From Candidatus Thalassarchaeaceae archaeon (GTDB lineage Archaea > Thermoplasmatota > Poseidoniia > Poseidoniales > Thalassarchaeaceae), in NCBI GenBank assembly GCA_943841885.1, contig CALSZZ010000002.1, positions 28,262-92,261 of the forward strand: 64,000 nt of DNA, in the 5' to 3' direction. Positions 47,903 to 57,164 of this stretch are shown here, in pieces; position 1 is the stretch's first letter; each line of letters starts with the position of its first letter. The notes beneath the pieces were generated by a model. The model was not told where the DNA came from and did not search any database. It was given only the letters and a program-made list of their open reading frames with translations. The position numbers were made by a program, and so were the translations under genes.

Positions 47903-48646
47903 TTATTTTGGTAAAACCGATTTAAAATTCGCCCTCCAGTCCTTTCCATTATTTTTGTTTGCAAGAGGGGATGCGGGAGATGGATGCCAACAACCTTTGA
48001 GATTAACATTGGTATCATTTAAAGCAATTTTTGATCTTTTCTGAGAATATTTCCCGACACCGATCACTGTTTTTATATTCATTATTTCTACGACTTCTCT
48101 CAGGTAGTCGTCACATCGCTCAACAATTCTTTTTGAAATTATTCCAGGAATTTTATCTGGAGTAATATTCATAGCATTTTCACCTTTAAAAAACATCAGT
48201 GGACAATGATTAACGACAAAAACCTTTGCAAATATATTTTCTGCTGTTCCGTAGTTATCCGATAAAGCACCCCACAATCTAGTACCAGAAATTTCTTCTT
48301 TGTGCCATTTTAATCCTCTAACTTCTCTCTTTGGATGCATCCTTTCTGGTTGTTCAACTGATAAATTTTTAATTTTGAATAAATCTCTTACTATAGTAGT
48401 CGCAGCAAATGGTATTCCCATCTGTCCCATGCCATGTGGACCAGGATTCATGCCTAGTAAGATTGTTTTTGCTCCTTTATCTCCTCCTAGTTTAATAAAT
48501 TCTTTATGTATTTCCCAAGCATAAATCAAAGGATTGTATACATATTCAACAAAACCCTCCTCTAACAATAAATCACTCAGAGGTTGCAGGTCTTTGCTAA
48601 GATTATAAGAAGAGTTAATCAAAGATTCAATAATCATTTTAATCAC
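47903..48646 (-). CDS. SMUG1-type (family 3) uracil-DNA glycosylase
   Basis: From my memory of the family, GMNPGPHGMGQMGIPF closely matches the SMUG1 catalytic motif GMNPGPFGMAQTGVPF, and CWHPSPASPLANK matches HPSPRNPQANK. NHCPLMF matches the SMUG1 HNLCPLLF region. GTG at 48646; an ATG at 48637 is an alternative. Confidence 0.75.
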   Translation of the reverse strand: MIKMIIESLINSSYNLSKDLQPLSDLLLEEGFVEYVYNPLIYAWEIHKEFIKLGGDKGAKTILLGMNPGPHGMGQMGIPFAATTIVRDLFKIKNLSVEQPERMHPKREVRGLKWHKEEISGTRLWGALSDNYGTAENIFAKVFVVNHCPLMFFKGENAMNITPDKIPGIISKRIVERCDDYLREVVEIMNIKTVIGVGKYSQKRSKIALNDTNVNLKGCWHPSPASPLANKNNGKDWRANFKSVLPK

Positions 48647-49140
48647 TGCTTGATGTCTACTATTACTGCTCCACTTAGCTTCACTAATTCTTCTGGAGAA
48701 ATAGGAAAAACTGTGTCAAATGTTCCTCCTGCTCCCCATAAAATATCATATTTCAGTAAATCTTCATCGCAAAAGATTACACATTCTTCTAAATGTCCGA
48801 ATGGAGGAATGCCTCCGATTCGATAACCTGTTTTATCTAAAACATACTCTGGCGAAGCGTGACTAGGTTTATACCCTAATATTCTTTTTAATTTCTTTTT
48901 CCTATCTACTTTATTACTGCCCGAGGTCACTACTATGATTGCAGAATCCTTACCAACAAAAACAATCGATTTAGCGATATTCGATATTTCACAACCTAAT
49001 TGTCTTGCGGCATCTTCAGAAGATTTCGTGCCTTCTTTGTATCTTTTCGCCTTTGGTAAAAAACCTATTTTCCGACATTCTGCGATCCATACATCATGCC
49101 TATCCATATTAGCCTCAAAAGGACAATCAAATTTTATCAT
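48643..49140 (-). CDS. YbaK/ProX-type aminoacyl-tRNA editing (trans-deacylase) domain protein
   Basis: IAKSIVFVGKDSAIIVVTSGSNKVDRKKL, GYRIGGIPPFGH and IFCDEDLLKYDILWGAGG are typical of the family. Confidence 0.7.
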   Translation of the reverse strand: MIKFDCPFEANMDRHDVWIAECRKIGFLPKAKRYKEGTKSSEDAARQLGCEISNIAKSIVFVGKDSAIIVVTSGSNKVDRKKKLKRILGYKPSHASPEYVLDKTGYRIGGIPPFGHLEECVIFCDEDLLKYDILWGAGGTFDTVFPISPEELVKLSGAVIVDIKQ

Positions 49141-49232
49141 TAGGGTATCTCAAGTCTTTTAGGATAAAAAAACTCCAAATGTAACAATACTTCCGCATTA
49201 TTCTTCACCAATGGTCGAGTGCGAAATGATAC

Positions 49233-50669
49233 ATGGATTGGCCCATCGGTCCTTATGAAACTTCAATGGGAGCACTTTTACTATTGACTCTTCCAATGCA
49301 CCGGTTCTTGACAAGGGATGAACCAGAACAAAGAATTCCTTTGCGAAATTTAACTAATGAAATTAAAGAAAAAGGATATTATTGGCATATCAGTTTATAT
49401 TTGTTGATGTTCTTATATAAGGCGGCTATTGATCATCATAATGAGCCTATTAAAGCAAAAGTCGGAGGCTTCACGCACTGGATATATCGCATTGAAGGTA
49501 ATTGGACTAGTAATATCCAAGAAATTTTTTTAAATGATAGTTTAACAAATATACTTTCCGCTCATTATTTATTCATGTATTTATTTATGATATGGTTTTC
49601 TCCAATGTACTATATATTAAGCAATGATAAAATAATGGCCGATAAGGCCGCTTTGAATTATTTCGTCATATATCTCCTCAGTGTCCCATTTTATCTTTTT
49701 TTTAATATAGAAGTAACTTCTAGTTATATTAGTGGCATGGATGCTCTTTTGTATCATGATTCTTTTACATTATCATTTTTTACAGCTAACGATCCAATGG
49801 ATAATGCAATCCCAAGCCTACACATAGGTTTGCCAATTGGTCTATTAATAATTAATAGATTACATTGTAGAAAATTGGGAATAAGTATTAAAAAATGGAG
49901 ACATAGAGAATTTGATTTATTTATATCTGCTAATGTATTAATTTACATTTTCTCAATTCAATATTTGGGAATACACTGGTTAGTAGACATTATTCCAGGT
50001 ATAGGATTGGCTTTGATAACTTCATATTTTGTCAACCATATACAACCAAAACTGAGATCTAAAAAATATTCAATAATTAAATTACTTTCACCTTCTAGAA
50101 AACAATTATATTCTATAGTTGGAGTGTCTCTCATTAGTTCATTTATGATTTATTTTATAGTTATCTACGGGCCAGGAGTTAATGACGAAATTCCTAATTA
50201 TAGAATTGGCTCAGACGATATAAATCTTGAAACTATAGAAGTACATAGTTTATCTAATCCTGTGGATGTCGAGGTAATTAATATAGGAGATATAAGATTA
50301 GAATTGATGCTAGTAAAAACAAATATAGCTGAAAAATATGCCGAAAAAGGTGTCTTTGATTGGAATGAATTATCTTCAAAAGGTCAAATATTCTCTCTTT
50401 CTCCCAATAATATCACTAGTTTCAATGTGAACACAGAAAGTATTTATGATTCATATGTAATCTTAATTAGATTAGCGAATATTGAAAATTGTTTAGATTG
50501 TTTTATTTCAGATGAACAAGTTGGAGAGGTTAGGATAACAACTCATTATTTCGATGATGAATTAATATGGACAGCATACATACTATCACTCCCATCTTTC
50601 TATATCCTTGGTTTTGTTTTAGGTATGAATTATAAGGAAATAGTGAGCAAAAAAACTCCCCATGAATAA
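49233..50669 (+). CDS. Polytopic membrane protein with a PAP2_3-like (inositolphosphorylceramide/sphingomyelin synthase-like) core and a C-terminal extra-membrane domain
   Basis: AIPSLHIGLP (PSxH) and GIHWLVDIIPG (HxxxD) resemble the C2/C3 motifs of the PAP2 superfamily. The last ~190 aa contain a soluble beta-rich segment and a final TM helix. Confidence 0.5.
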   Translation: MDWPIGPYETSMGALLLLTLPMHRFLTRDEPEQRIPLRNLTNEIKEKGYYWHISLYLLMFLYKAAIDHHNEPIKAKVGGFTHWIYRIEGNWTSNIQEIFLNDSLTNILSAHYLFMYLFMIWFSPMYYILSNDKIMADKAALNYFVIYLLSVPFYLFFNIEVTSSYISGMDALLYHDSFTLSFFTANDPMDNAIPSLHIGLPIGLLIINRLHCRKLGISIKKWRHREFDLFISANVLIYIFSIQYLGIHWLVDIIPGIGLALITSYFVNHIQPKLRSKKYSIIKLLSPSRKQLYSIVGVSLISSFMIYFIVIYGPGVNDEIPNYRIGSDDINLETIEVHSLSNPVDVEVINIGDIRLELMLVKTNIAEKYAEKGVFDWNELSSKGQIFSLSPNNITSFNVNTESIYDSYVILIRLANIENCLDCFISDEQVGEVRITTHYFDDELIWTAYILSLPSFYILGFVLGMNYKEIVSKKTPHE

Positions 50670-51023
50670 TCCTGAACAGCTTCCTAATCCTATCCAAATT
50701 CCTATTCTAAATGCTGGAAAATTATATCTCCAAAGATATATCGTTTGAGAAATCCATGCGAGAATTACTATCACAAACCATACAAAAAATACTAATTGAG
50801 GAATAATTCCAATAATTATCGAGGTAATACATCCGCCAATTAATTCATAACGATTGCCGATATTTTTAGGTGAGAAATAAAGAAGAAAAGAAATGAATAT
50901 AAGGCAAATCATCGGTTTAAATAATGAACTTGAATTTTCTAAAATGCCAAATATACAAGCTAGTGAAAAACCAACTGATAACGGAAAAATTATTGGCCAT
51001 ATCGGCATAGACTCCCATCTCAT
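50619..51023 (-). CDS. Small integral membrane protein, function unknown
   Basis: 134 aa with four hydrophobic segments and an ATG start. It converges on and overlaps the end of the preceding gene by 51 nt. Confidence 0.4.
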   Translation of the reverse strand: MRWESMPIWPIIFPLSVGFSLACIFGILENSSSLFKPMICLIFISFLLYFSPKNIGNRYELIGGCITSIIIGIIPQLVFFVWFVIVILAWISQTIYLWRYNFPAFRIGIWIGLGSCSGLFMGSFFAHYFLIIHT

Positions 51024-51108
51024 ATTGCTATGGAAACACTTTCACTCCATCAATGCTATGAAATTATTGAAGCGATTAATTCATATTACTGTAGTTGCCC
51101 AAGGGACC

Positions 51109-52014
51109 ATGAAGAAAGGGGAAGTAGTGCTCGGATGCCTAGCGCCACACCCTCCTCACTTGGTATATGCAGAGAATCCAGAACAGAATGAGCCTTTTTC
51201 TGAAGGAGGTTGGGAGACTCTAAGATGGGGGTATAATCGTCTTGCAAGAAAATTGAAAAAAGTTGATTATGATGTCATGGTTATCTTTACTCCTCATTGG
51301 GCAACTTATATTGGCACTCACTTCCTAGGGCTTCCTAAATTCAGTTCATTGTCTGTAGATCCTATTTTTCCTAATATTTTTAGGTATAAGTATGATTTAG
51401 ATGTAGACGTAGAATTAGCAGAAGAAATGCATAATGCTGCTTCTGAGGCCGGAATAATAACAAAAATGATGACTAATCCAGATTTCAGAATTGACTATGG
51501 GACAATTACAAGTTGCCACATGTTAAATCCAGAATGGGATAAGCCAATAATCACAATAAGTAGTAATCGAAATGCACATTATTATTCTGGAGAAGTTATG
51601 AATGAGCAGGCAAAAGCTCTGGGAGAGGCGTGCCTAAAGGCAATAGAGAAAAGTGGCAAAAAGGTAGTTCTTGTCAGTAGCCACAGTCTTTCACACCGAC
51701 ATTTTGTCACGGAATCTCCATTACCTGAAGATATGAGTAGAGAACACATATACAATCATAGTCAATATGTTTGGGATATGAAAATGATTAAAATGATGAG
51801 AGATGGTAAAATGAAGGAAGTTATTGATATTATGCCAGAGTATACTGAACAAACAATAGCTGAAACAGAAGCTGGAGGATTATCATGGATGATGGCTGCT
51901 ATGGGTCTCCCCGATTATCCTGCTGAAATTTATGGTTATCAATCAGTAATAGGTACCGGAAACGCTGTAATTGCATGGGATCCTAACTCTAAAACAAGAG
52001 AAATAGTTCTGTGA
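51109..52014 (+). CDS. Class III extradiol ring-cleavage dioxygenase, LigB family, probable catalytic (AmnB/beta-like) subunit
   Basis: LGCLAPHPPHLVY, IFTPHWATY and VSSHSLSH are His-containing LigB-type motifs. The ATG at 51109 (MKKGEVV...) is preferred; the track start at 50893 overlaps the opposite-strand gene. Confidence 0.65.
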   Translation: MKKGEVVLGCLAPHPPHLVYAENPEQNEPFSEGGWETLRWGYNRLARKLKKVDYDVMVIFTPHWATYIGTHFLGLPKFSSLSVDPIFPNIFRYKYDLDVDVELAEEMHNAASEAGIITKMMTNPDFRIDYGTITSCHMLNPEWDKPIITISSNRNAHYYSGEVMNEQAKALGEACLKAIEKSGKKVVLVSSHSLSHRHFVTESPLPEDMSREHIYNHSQYVWDMKMIKMMRDGKMKEVIDIMPEYTEQTIAETEAGGLSWMMAAMGLPDYPAEIYGYQSVIGTGNAVIAWDPNSKTREIVL

Positions 52015-52023
52015 GGTTTGAAT

Positions 52024-52950
52024 ATGGACAATGACCAAAATGTTTTATTTGGAATTTATTGCCCCCCTCATCCTCACCCCTTACTCGCTCCAGAGTTAAA
52101 TAATGGGTATAAAAATCTTAGAAATGCATATGATAATTTAAGGGATAAAATACAGGCTAGCGGCGCGGATATAATTTTGATTTATTCTACAACATGGCCA
52201 AGTATTGTCGGCCACCAAATCCAAGCCCACCCAGAGCCAGAGTGGACACATGTGGATGATGATTTTCATTACTTGGGAAGTATGCCTTATAAATTCAATA
52301 TAGACACTGAATTCGCTCATGCTTACCGTGATGCTGCAGAATCTAGGGGGCTACATTCGAGGACCGTTGCATATGATGGTTTCCCGATAGACACTGGTTC
52401 AGTTGTAGCATTATCACTGCTTAATCCAGATAATAATATTCCTGCTTGTATAGTTTCTAGTAATATGTACTCAAATAGGTCTGAAACAATGGTACTTGGT
52501 AAAGCTGCGAGGGATGCATTGTCTAATCAAGGAAAGAAGGCAGTAGTGGTAGTCGTTGCAAGTTTGTCCAATAGAATGTTCACAGAACACATAAACCCAA
52601 GAGATGATAAAATACATAGCCCAAAAGATGACGAGTGGAATAAGAAAATTTTAGAATTTTTTAGAGATGGAAGACTCGAAGACCTTAGCCAATTATCTAG
52701 AGATATTCACGGGCAAATTAGAATTCAGAAAGTAGCCGCATACAAACCAGTTTGGTGGATGGCGGCAACAATGGGGCAGCATAACAACTACATAGGGGAA
52801 GTTCTTGCTTATGAGCCCCTCCATGGTTCAGGAGGTGCCGTAATTCAACTAACTCCTTCAAATGAATCATTCGGAGATAAAGAATTTGATGAAGATGATG
52901 TAGAATATTATCATGGAGATCGAAATGTTCTTGATAGAGGGAATTTGTAA
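52024..52950 (+). CDS. LigB-family extradiol dioxygenase paralogue, probable non-catalytic (AmnA/alpha-like) subunit
   Basis: It is paralogous to the preceding gene (GIYCPPHPHPLLAP, ILIYSTTWPS, VVVASLSNRMF), but several His positions are replaced. The ATG at 52024 is preceded by GAGGT. Confidence 0.6.
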   Translation: MDNDQNVLFGIYCPPHPHPLLAPELNNGYKNLRNAYDNLRDKIQASGADIILIYSTTWPSIVGHQIQAHPEPEWTHVDDDFHYLGSMPYKFNIDTEFAHAYRDAAESRGLHSRTVAYDGFPIDTGSVVALSLLNPDNNIPACIVSSNMYSNRSETMVLGKAARDALSNQGKKAVVVVVASLSNRMFTEHINPRDDKIHSPKDDEWNKKILEFFRDGRLEDLSQLSRDIHGQIRIQKVAAYKPVWWMAATMGQHNNYIGEVLAYEPLHGSGGAVIQLTPSNESFGDKEFDEDDVEYYHGDRNVLDRGNL

Positions 52951-53594
52951 TGCATAGTCAAGATGATATGCCAAATAATACTGATGAAGATATCATAGAT
53001 AAAGTAATCTCTGCACCTTCAGATGTCATTGAAAAATTATACGAAGAATTAGGCCCTTCGATGGTAAGTTCAGCGGGTAGTGCATTAGGTGCTACGGCAG
53101 GAGGGTTGGCCGGCGGACCGGTAGGCGTTGCTATTGGTTCAGTAGTTGGTAAGAAGGTAGCAGGAAAATTAACTTCAAATAATGGATATTTTATCGCTGA
53201 ATCAGGACCTTCTGCTGTCGGTTCTTATCCGCATCTTCATAGAGTTGGTGATTTAATTTTTGTTAGCGGAATAGGTCCCAGATCGCCTGAAACAAATGAA
53301 ATAATTGGTGGTCCGGTTCGAGATTCAGATGGTAAAAAATTAGATTATGATATTAAAGCCCAAACCAGATCTGTAATTGAAAATATCCGACTAATTTTGG
53401 AAGAGTACGGCTCGAGTCTAGAAAATGTAGTAGATGTTTATTCAATGTTGATTGATATGGATAGAGATTTTAAAGGATATAACGAAGTATATGCTGAGTA
53501 TTTCTCAGAAATAATGCCAGCGCGAACAACTTGTGCTGTTACAGCATTACCAACTCCCATTGCAGTTGAACTAAAGGTAATTGCAAAGGCATAA
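52950..53594 (+). CDS. RidA/YjgF/UK114 family enamine/imine deaminase with a ~70-aa N-terminal extension containing a Gly/Ala-rich segment
   Basis: C-terminal core: GDLIFVSGIGP ... QTRSVIENIRLILEEYGSSLENVVDVYSMLIDM ... PARTTCAVTALPTPIAVELKVIA. The start overlaps the preceding stop (TAATG). Confidence 0.75.
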   Translation: MHSQDDMPNNTDEDIIDKVISAPSDVIEKLYEELGPSMVSSAGSALGATAGGLAGGPVGVAIGSVVGKKVAGKLTSNNGYFIAESGPSAVGSYPHLHRVGDLIFVSGIGPRSPETNEIIGGPVRDSDGKKLDYDIKAQTRSVIENIRLILEEYGSSLENVVDVYSMLIDMDRDFKGYNEVYAEYFSEIMPARTTCAVTALPTPIAVELKVIAKA

Positions 53595-53624
53595 CTTCAA
53601 ATTTATCCTTCCTCTCCTCAATTC

Positions 53625-55301
53625 ATGGTAAGACTTTCTCCCAGTGACGTACTTGGAATAGTTTTACAGCCGATAGATAAAGTATCGGAAACGTTGGAAA
53701 GAAAATTAGGATTATTTTCTGTAGTCATCCTTTCCTTATCGGCAATGCTCGGTAGCGGCCTTTTTGTCCTCCCTTCCCTTGCTATGATGGAGTTGGGAGG
53801 GGGAGAGTCTCCTTTAGGTGGTATCTGGTTAGCATATTTATTTGCAGGTTTGGTAATTCTACCTGGTGCAATTTCAAAATCAGAACTCGCTTCGGCCATG
53901 CCTTCCTCAGGTGGTGCATATGTGTACATCGAAAAAACATTTGGCCCCATTATTGGTACTATTTCCGGTTTAGGATTATGGGCTAACTTCATGCTTAAAT
54001 CAGCATTCGCTCTAATTGGATTTAGAGCATATTTATGGGTTTTAGAAGGCATTCTAGAAATTTCTATAAATCTAGATTATGCTGTGATGATTATGTTATC
54101 ATTAATTGTTGGAATAAATATTTTAGGTGCTAAAAGTATTAAGAAAGTACAAACCCCAGTAGTATTAATTTCAGTAGGATATCTTTTATGTGTTTGTTTC
54201 TGGGCTTTAGCAACATCGGAACTAAATTGGGATGCAGCAATATCTAGAGAATCTTTAGGCGCTGATTGGCATAGTTTTTCTTCAACTGCTGCATTAGTCT
54301 TTGTTTCATATATAGGTGTTACAAAAGTTGCCGCTGTAGGGGGAGAAATTAAGAAACCAGGTAAAAATATGCCATATGGAATCTTAATTTCATTACTTTT
54401 CAGTATAATTTTGTATGTTTTCGTTACTCTAACTATGGTCATTACCGTTGATCCGATTAATTATGTTGAAAATGGACACTCTAGAGAAGATCCTATCTAT
54501 ATTTTTGCATTGGAAGCAGGCGGCAAGACTGTTGGTGTAATAGCCGCTACTTTCGCTGCAATTACTGTAGTTTCTGGAGCCCTTGCCGGCATTATGGCTG
54601 CATCACGCTTTCTATTTGCAATGGCGCGAGATAATCTATTGCCAGCTTTCCTAGAAGATGTTCATGGGAGATTCGAAACTCCTCATTGGGCAATAATTGT
54701 AACTGGACTTTCTATGGCTGCCGCAATACTTTTTTTACCTGTACATGATGTTGCAGAACTTGCTTCCGGATTCAATATAATGGTATTCATCGTGATTAAT
54801 ACTTGTGTTTTAGTTTTGAGGACATCTGCAAAATCTCATTGGTATGATCCTGCATGGAAATCCCCATTTTTTCCCTTCATACAAATTTTTGGAATATTAG
54901 GTGGTTTAATATTAATTTATGCAATGGGAATGAAGGCAGTTATAGGAGGTGCTTCAGCAATAATAATTGGCATAATAATTTACCAGTTTTACGGTAAGAG
55001 ATTTGTCAAAGAGGAAATAACTCCTTGGGATACATTCCGTTTGATGCTTGTAAATCCAGATGAAGTTGAACATCGCCGAAGATGGGCTGCATTCCATGCT
55101 GCTGATACAGAAGGTACAAATCACCTAAATCTTAATGAGTTCATTGCGGCAATGTCTGCACTAGGATATTTTGATTCTGATGATGAACAAAAATTCACTA
55201 TTTTGAGGGAATATTTTCACAAAGCAGATGAAGACGATAATGGAATAATTGATATTGACGAATTCTTGTCTTATATTGAAGAAACTACATTTCAGGATTA
55301 G
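53625..55301 (+). CDS. APC-superfamily amino-acid permease fused to a C-terminal EF-hand pair
   Basis: N-terminal SLSAMLGSGLFVLP and about 12 hydrophobic segments. The C-terminal 75 aa contain two EF-hand loops, DTEGTNHLNLNE and DEDDNGIIDIDE; the second fits the canonical D.D.NG.I...E pattern. Confidence 0.8.
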   Translation: MVRLSPSDVLGIVLQPIDKVSETLERKLGLFSVVILSLSAMLGSGLFVLPSLAMMELGGGESPLGGIWLAYLFAGLVILPGAISKSELASAMPSSGGAYVYIEKTFGPIIGTISGLGLWANFMLKSAFALIGFRAYLWVLEGILEISINLDYAVMIMLSLIVGINILGAKSIKKVQTPVVLISVGYLLCVCFWALATSELNWDAAISRESLGADWHSFSSTAALVFVSYIGVTKVAAVGGEIKKPGKNMPYGILISLLFSIILYVFVTLTMVITVDPINYVENGHSREDPIYIFALEAGGKTVGVIAATFAAITVVSGALAGIMAASRFLFAMARDNLLPAFLEDVHGRFETPHWAIIVTGLSMAAAILFLPVHDVAELASGFNIMVFIVINTCVLVLRTSAKSHWYDPAWKSPFFPFIQIFGILGGLILIYAMGMKAVIGGASAIIIGIIIYQFYGKRFVKEEITPWDTFRLMLVNPDEVEHRRRWAAFHAADTEGTNHLNLNEFIAAMSALGYFDSDDEQKFTILREYFHKADEDDNGIIDIDEFLSYIEETTFQD

Positions 55302-55355
55302 AGATATAAGCGCGTAGTTGAAGTCATCAACCTCCTAGCATCTATTCGAGTAGTC

Positions 55356-56171
55356 ATGACAATAGCGAGTCGAGCAAAAAAAGTAACTACCCATACTCTT
55401 CAAGAAATGAAGCAGGTAGGTGAAAAAATAACAATGCTAACGTCTTATGACTATTCTTTAGCACGTCTTGTAGATGGGGCAGGAATAGATGTTATTTTGG
55501 TTGGTGATTCTGCATCGAATGTTATGGCAGGAAATGATACAACAGTTCCAATAACTCTTGATCATATGATATATCATGCACAGTGTGTAGTAAAGGCAGT
55601 TGATAGAGCACTTGTCGTTGTTGATATGCCATTTGGAACTTATCAAGGTGATTCAAAAAATGCTTTAGACTCTGCAATAAGAATTATGAAAGAAACAGGA
55701 GGGCATGCTGTAAAGCTAGAAGGAGGCACTGAAATATTAGATTCAGTAAAGAGAATAATGACTGCTGGAATCCCAGTGATGGGCCATTTAGGATTAACTC
55801 CACAGTCAATATACAAATTTGGGACATATACTGTGAGGGCCAAAGAAGATTTAGAAGCATCCAGGTTATTAGCCGATGCGAAAGCATTGGAAGAGGCCGG
55901 ATGTTTTTCAATCGTATTTGAAAAAATTCCTGCAGATTTAGCTGAGAAAGTTACCAAACAACTGAGTATACCTACTATAGGAATTGGGGCGGGGGTAGAA
56001 TGTGATGGTCAAGTTTTGGTTTTACATGACATGCTTGGTATAACTAAAGACTTCAGCCCCCGTTTTCTTCGCCGATATGCAGATTTAGGCACAATCATAG
56101 ACTCTTCAGTTAAGTCATACATAAAAGATGTAAGAAATTCAGATTTTCCAAATAAAGACGAGGAATATTAA
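55356..56171 (+). CDS. panB: 3-methyl-2-oxobutanoate hydroxymethyltransferase
   Basis: [47 protein letters not shown] and PTIGIGAG. Confidence 0.9.
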   Translation: MTIASRAKKVTTHTLQEMKQVGEKITMLTSYDYSLARLVDGAGIDVILVGDSASNVMAGNDTTVPITLDHMIYHAQCVVKAVDRALVVVDMPFGTYQGDSKNALDSAIRIMKETGGHAVKLEGGTEILDSVKRIMTAGIPVMGHLGLTPQSIYKFGTYTVRAKEDLEASRLLADAKALEEAGCFSIVFEKIPADLAEKVTKQLSIPTIGIGAGVECDGQVLVLHDMLGITKDFSPRFLRRYADLGTIIDSSVKSYIKDVRNSDFPNKDEEY

Positions 56172-56213
56172 AGAAAATTTGATTAAAATATTTTATAGTG
56201 AGGGAAAATTAAC

Positions 56214-57164
56214 ATGAGTGAATTATGGGTCGAAAGATATCGCCCTAGTACTGTGTCCGAGATTAAGGGCCAACAGGCTGTAGTTGCGAGATTAACTGCA
56301 TATTCCTCAAAGAAAACCTTCCCCCATCTTTTATTTGCAGGGCCACCGGGTACTGGTAAAACTACTGCTGCATTGGCGCTAACCAGAGATGTTTTTGGTA
56401 CAGACTTTCGTCGAAATATTCTAGAAATGAATGCTAGTGATGAAAGGAAATTAGAATCAATAAGAACAAAAGTAAAACAATTTGCTAGAACTGCCCCAAG
56501 TCCAGGTACAACATTCAAGGTGATTTTTCTTGATGAAGCAGATGCCCTAACGCCAGATGCCCAAGGTGCCTTACGTAGGATTATGGAACAGAATTCAGAA
56601 ACATGTAGATTCATATTATCATGTAATTATTCTTCAAAAATTATTGAACCTATCCAGTCAAGATGCGCAGTATTCAGATTTCGCCCCTTAGACAAAGAAC
56701 AAATATTGGAAAGAATCTCAGTCGTTGCAAACAATGAGGGTATAAAAATTGAAGAACAAGCTGCAGATGCTATAGCAAAAGTAAGCTTAGGTGATCTAAG
56801 AAAAGCCATAACTTCACTACAAGTAGCTGCATCTTTAGATTCAAATGTCACCAGAGATTTAGTTTATGAGACTACGGCGACCGCACCTCCTGAACAACTA
56901 CATCGTTTTTTCTTATCTTGTAAAGAAGATGGTTTCCAACCTGCTCGAAGAAGATTGAGAGATATTTTAAATAATTTTGGCCTTGCAGGAACTGATTTTG
57001 TGAATCAATTACATCGTGAATTGAGTACAGTATCGTTCTTAGATGAAGTTCAAAAGCTAGCAATAACAGAGATTATGGCTGAGACCGATTTTAGGATGGT
57101 TGAAGGAGGAGGGGAATCTCTACAACTAGATGCCATGACTGCTAAAATTTGTTCAATATTTTAG
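56214..57164 (+). CDS. rfcS: Replication factor C small subunit, no intein
   Basis: WVERYRP, Walker A GPPGTGKTT, Walker B/DEAD-like FLDEADALT, SRC motif (QSRCAVFRF) and sensor 2 GDLRKAI. Confidence 0.9.
   Translation: MSELWVERYRPSTVSEIKGQQAVVARLTAYSSKKTFPHLLFAGPPGTGKTTAALALTRDVFGTDFRRNILEMNASDERKLESIRTKVKQFARTAPSPGTTFKVIFLDEADALTPDAQGALRRIMEQNSETCRFILSCNYSSKIIEPIQSRCAVFRFRPLDKEQILERISVVANNEGIKIEEQAADAIAKVSLGDLRKAITSLQVAASLDSNVTRDLVYETTATAPPEQLHRFFLSCKEDGFQPARRRLRDILNNFGLAGTDFVNQLHRELSTVSFLDEVQKLAITEIMAETDFRMVEGGGESLQLDAMTAKICSIF

Noticed and set aside
53618-54052. 144-aa minus-strand ORF overlapping the start of the APC permease, and a second at 54077-54442
   Set aside because: They are antisense shadows of a strongly supported transporter gene. 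They have low-complexity, Pro-rich composition and no independent motifs.
56183-56614. 143-aa minus-strand ORF overlapping rfcS, together with 55643-55957 and 55684-55911 inside panB and 59802-60095 at the start of the carboxyltransferase gene
   Set aside because: The opposite strand carries unmistakable conserved genes, and these ORFs have no motifs.
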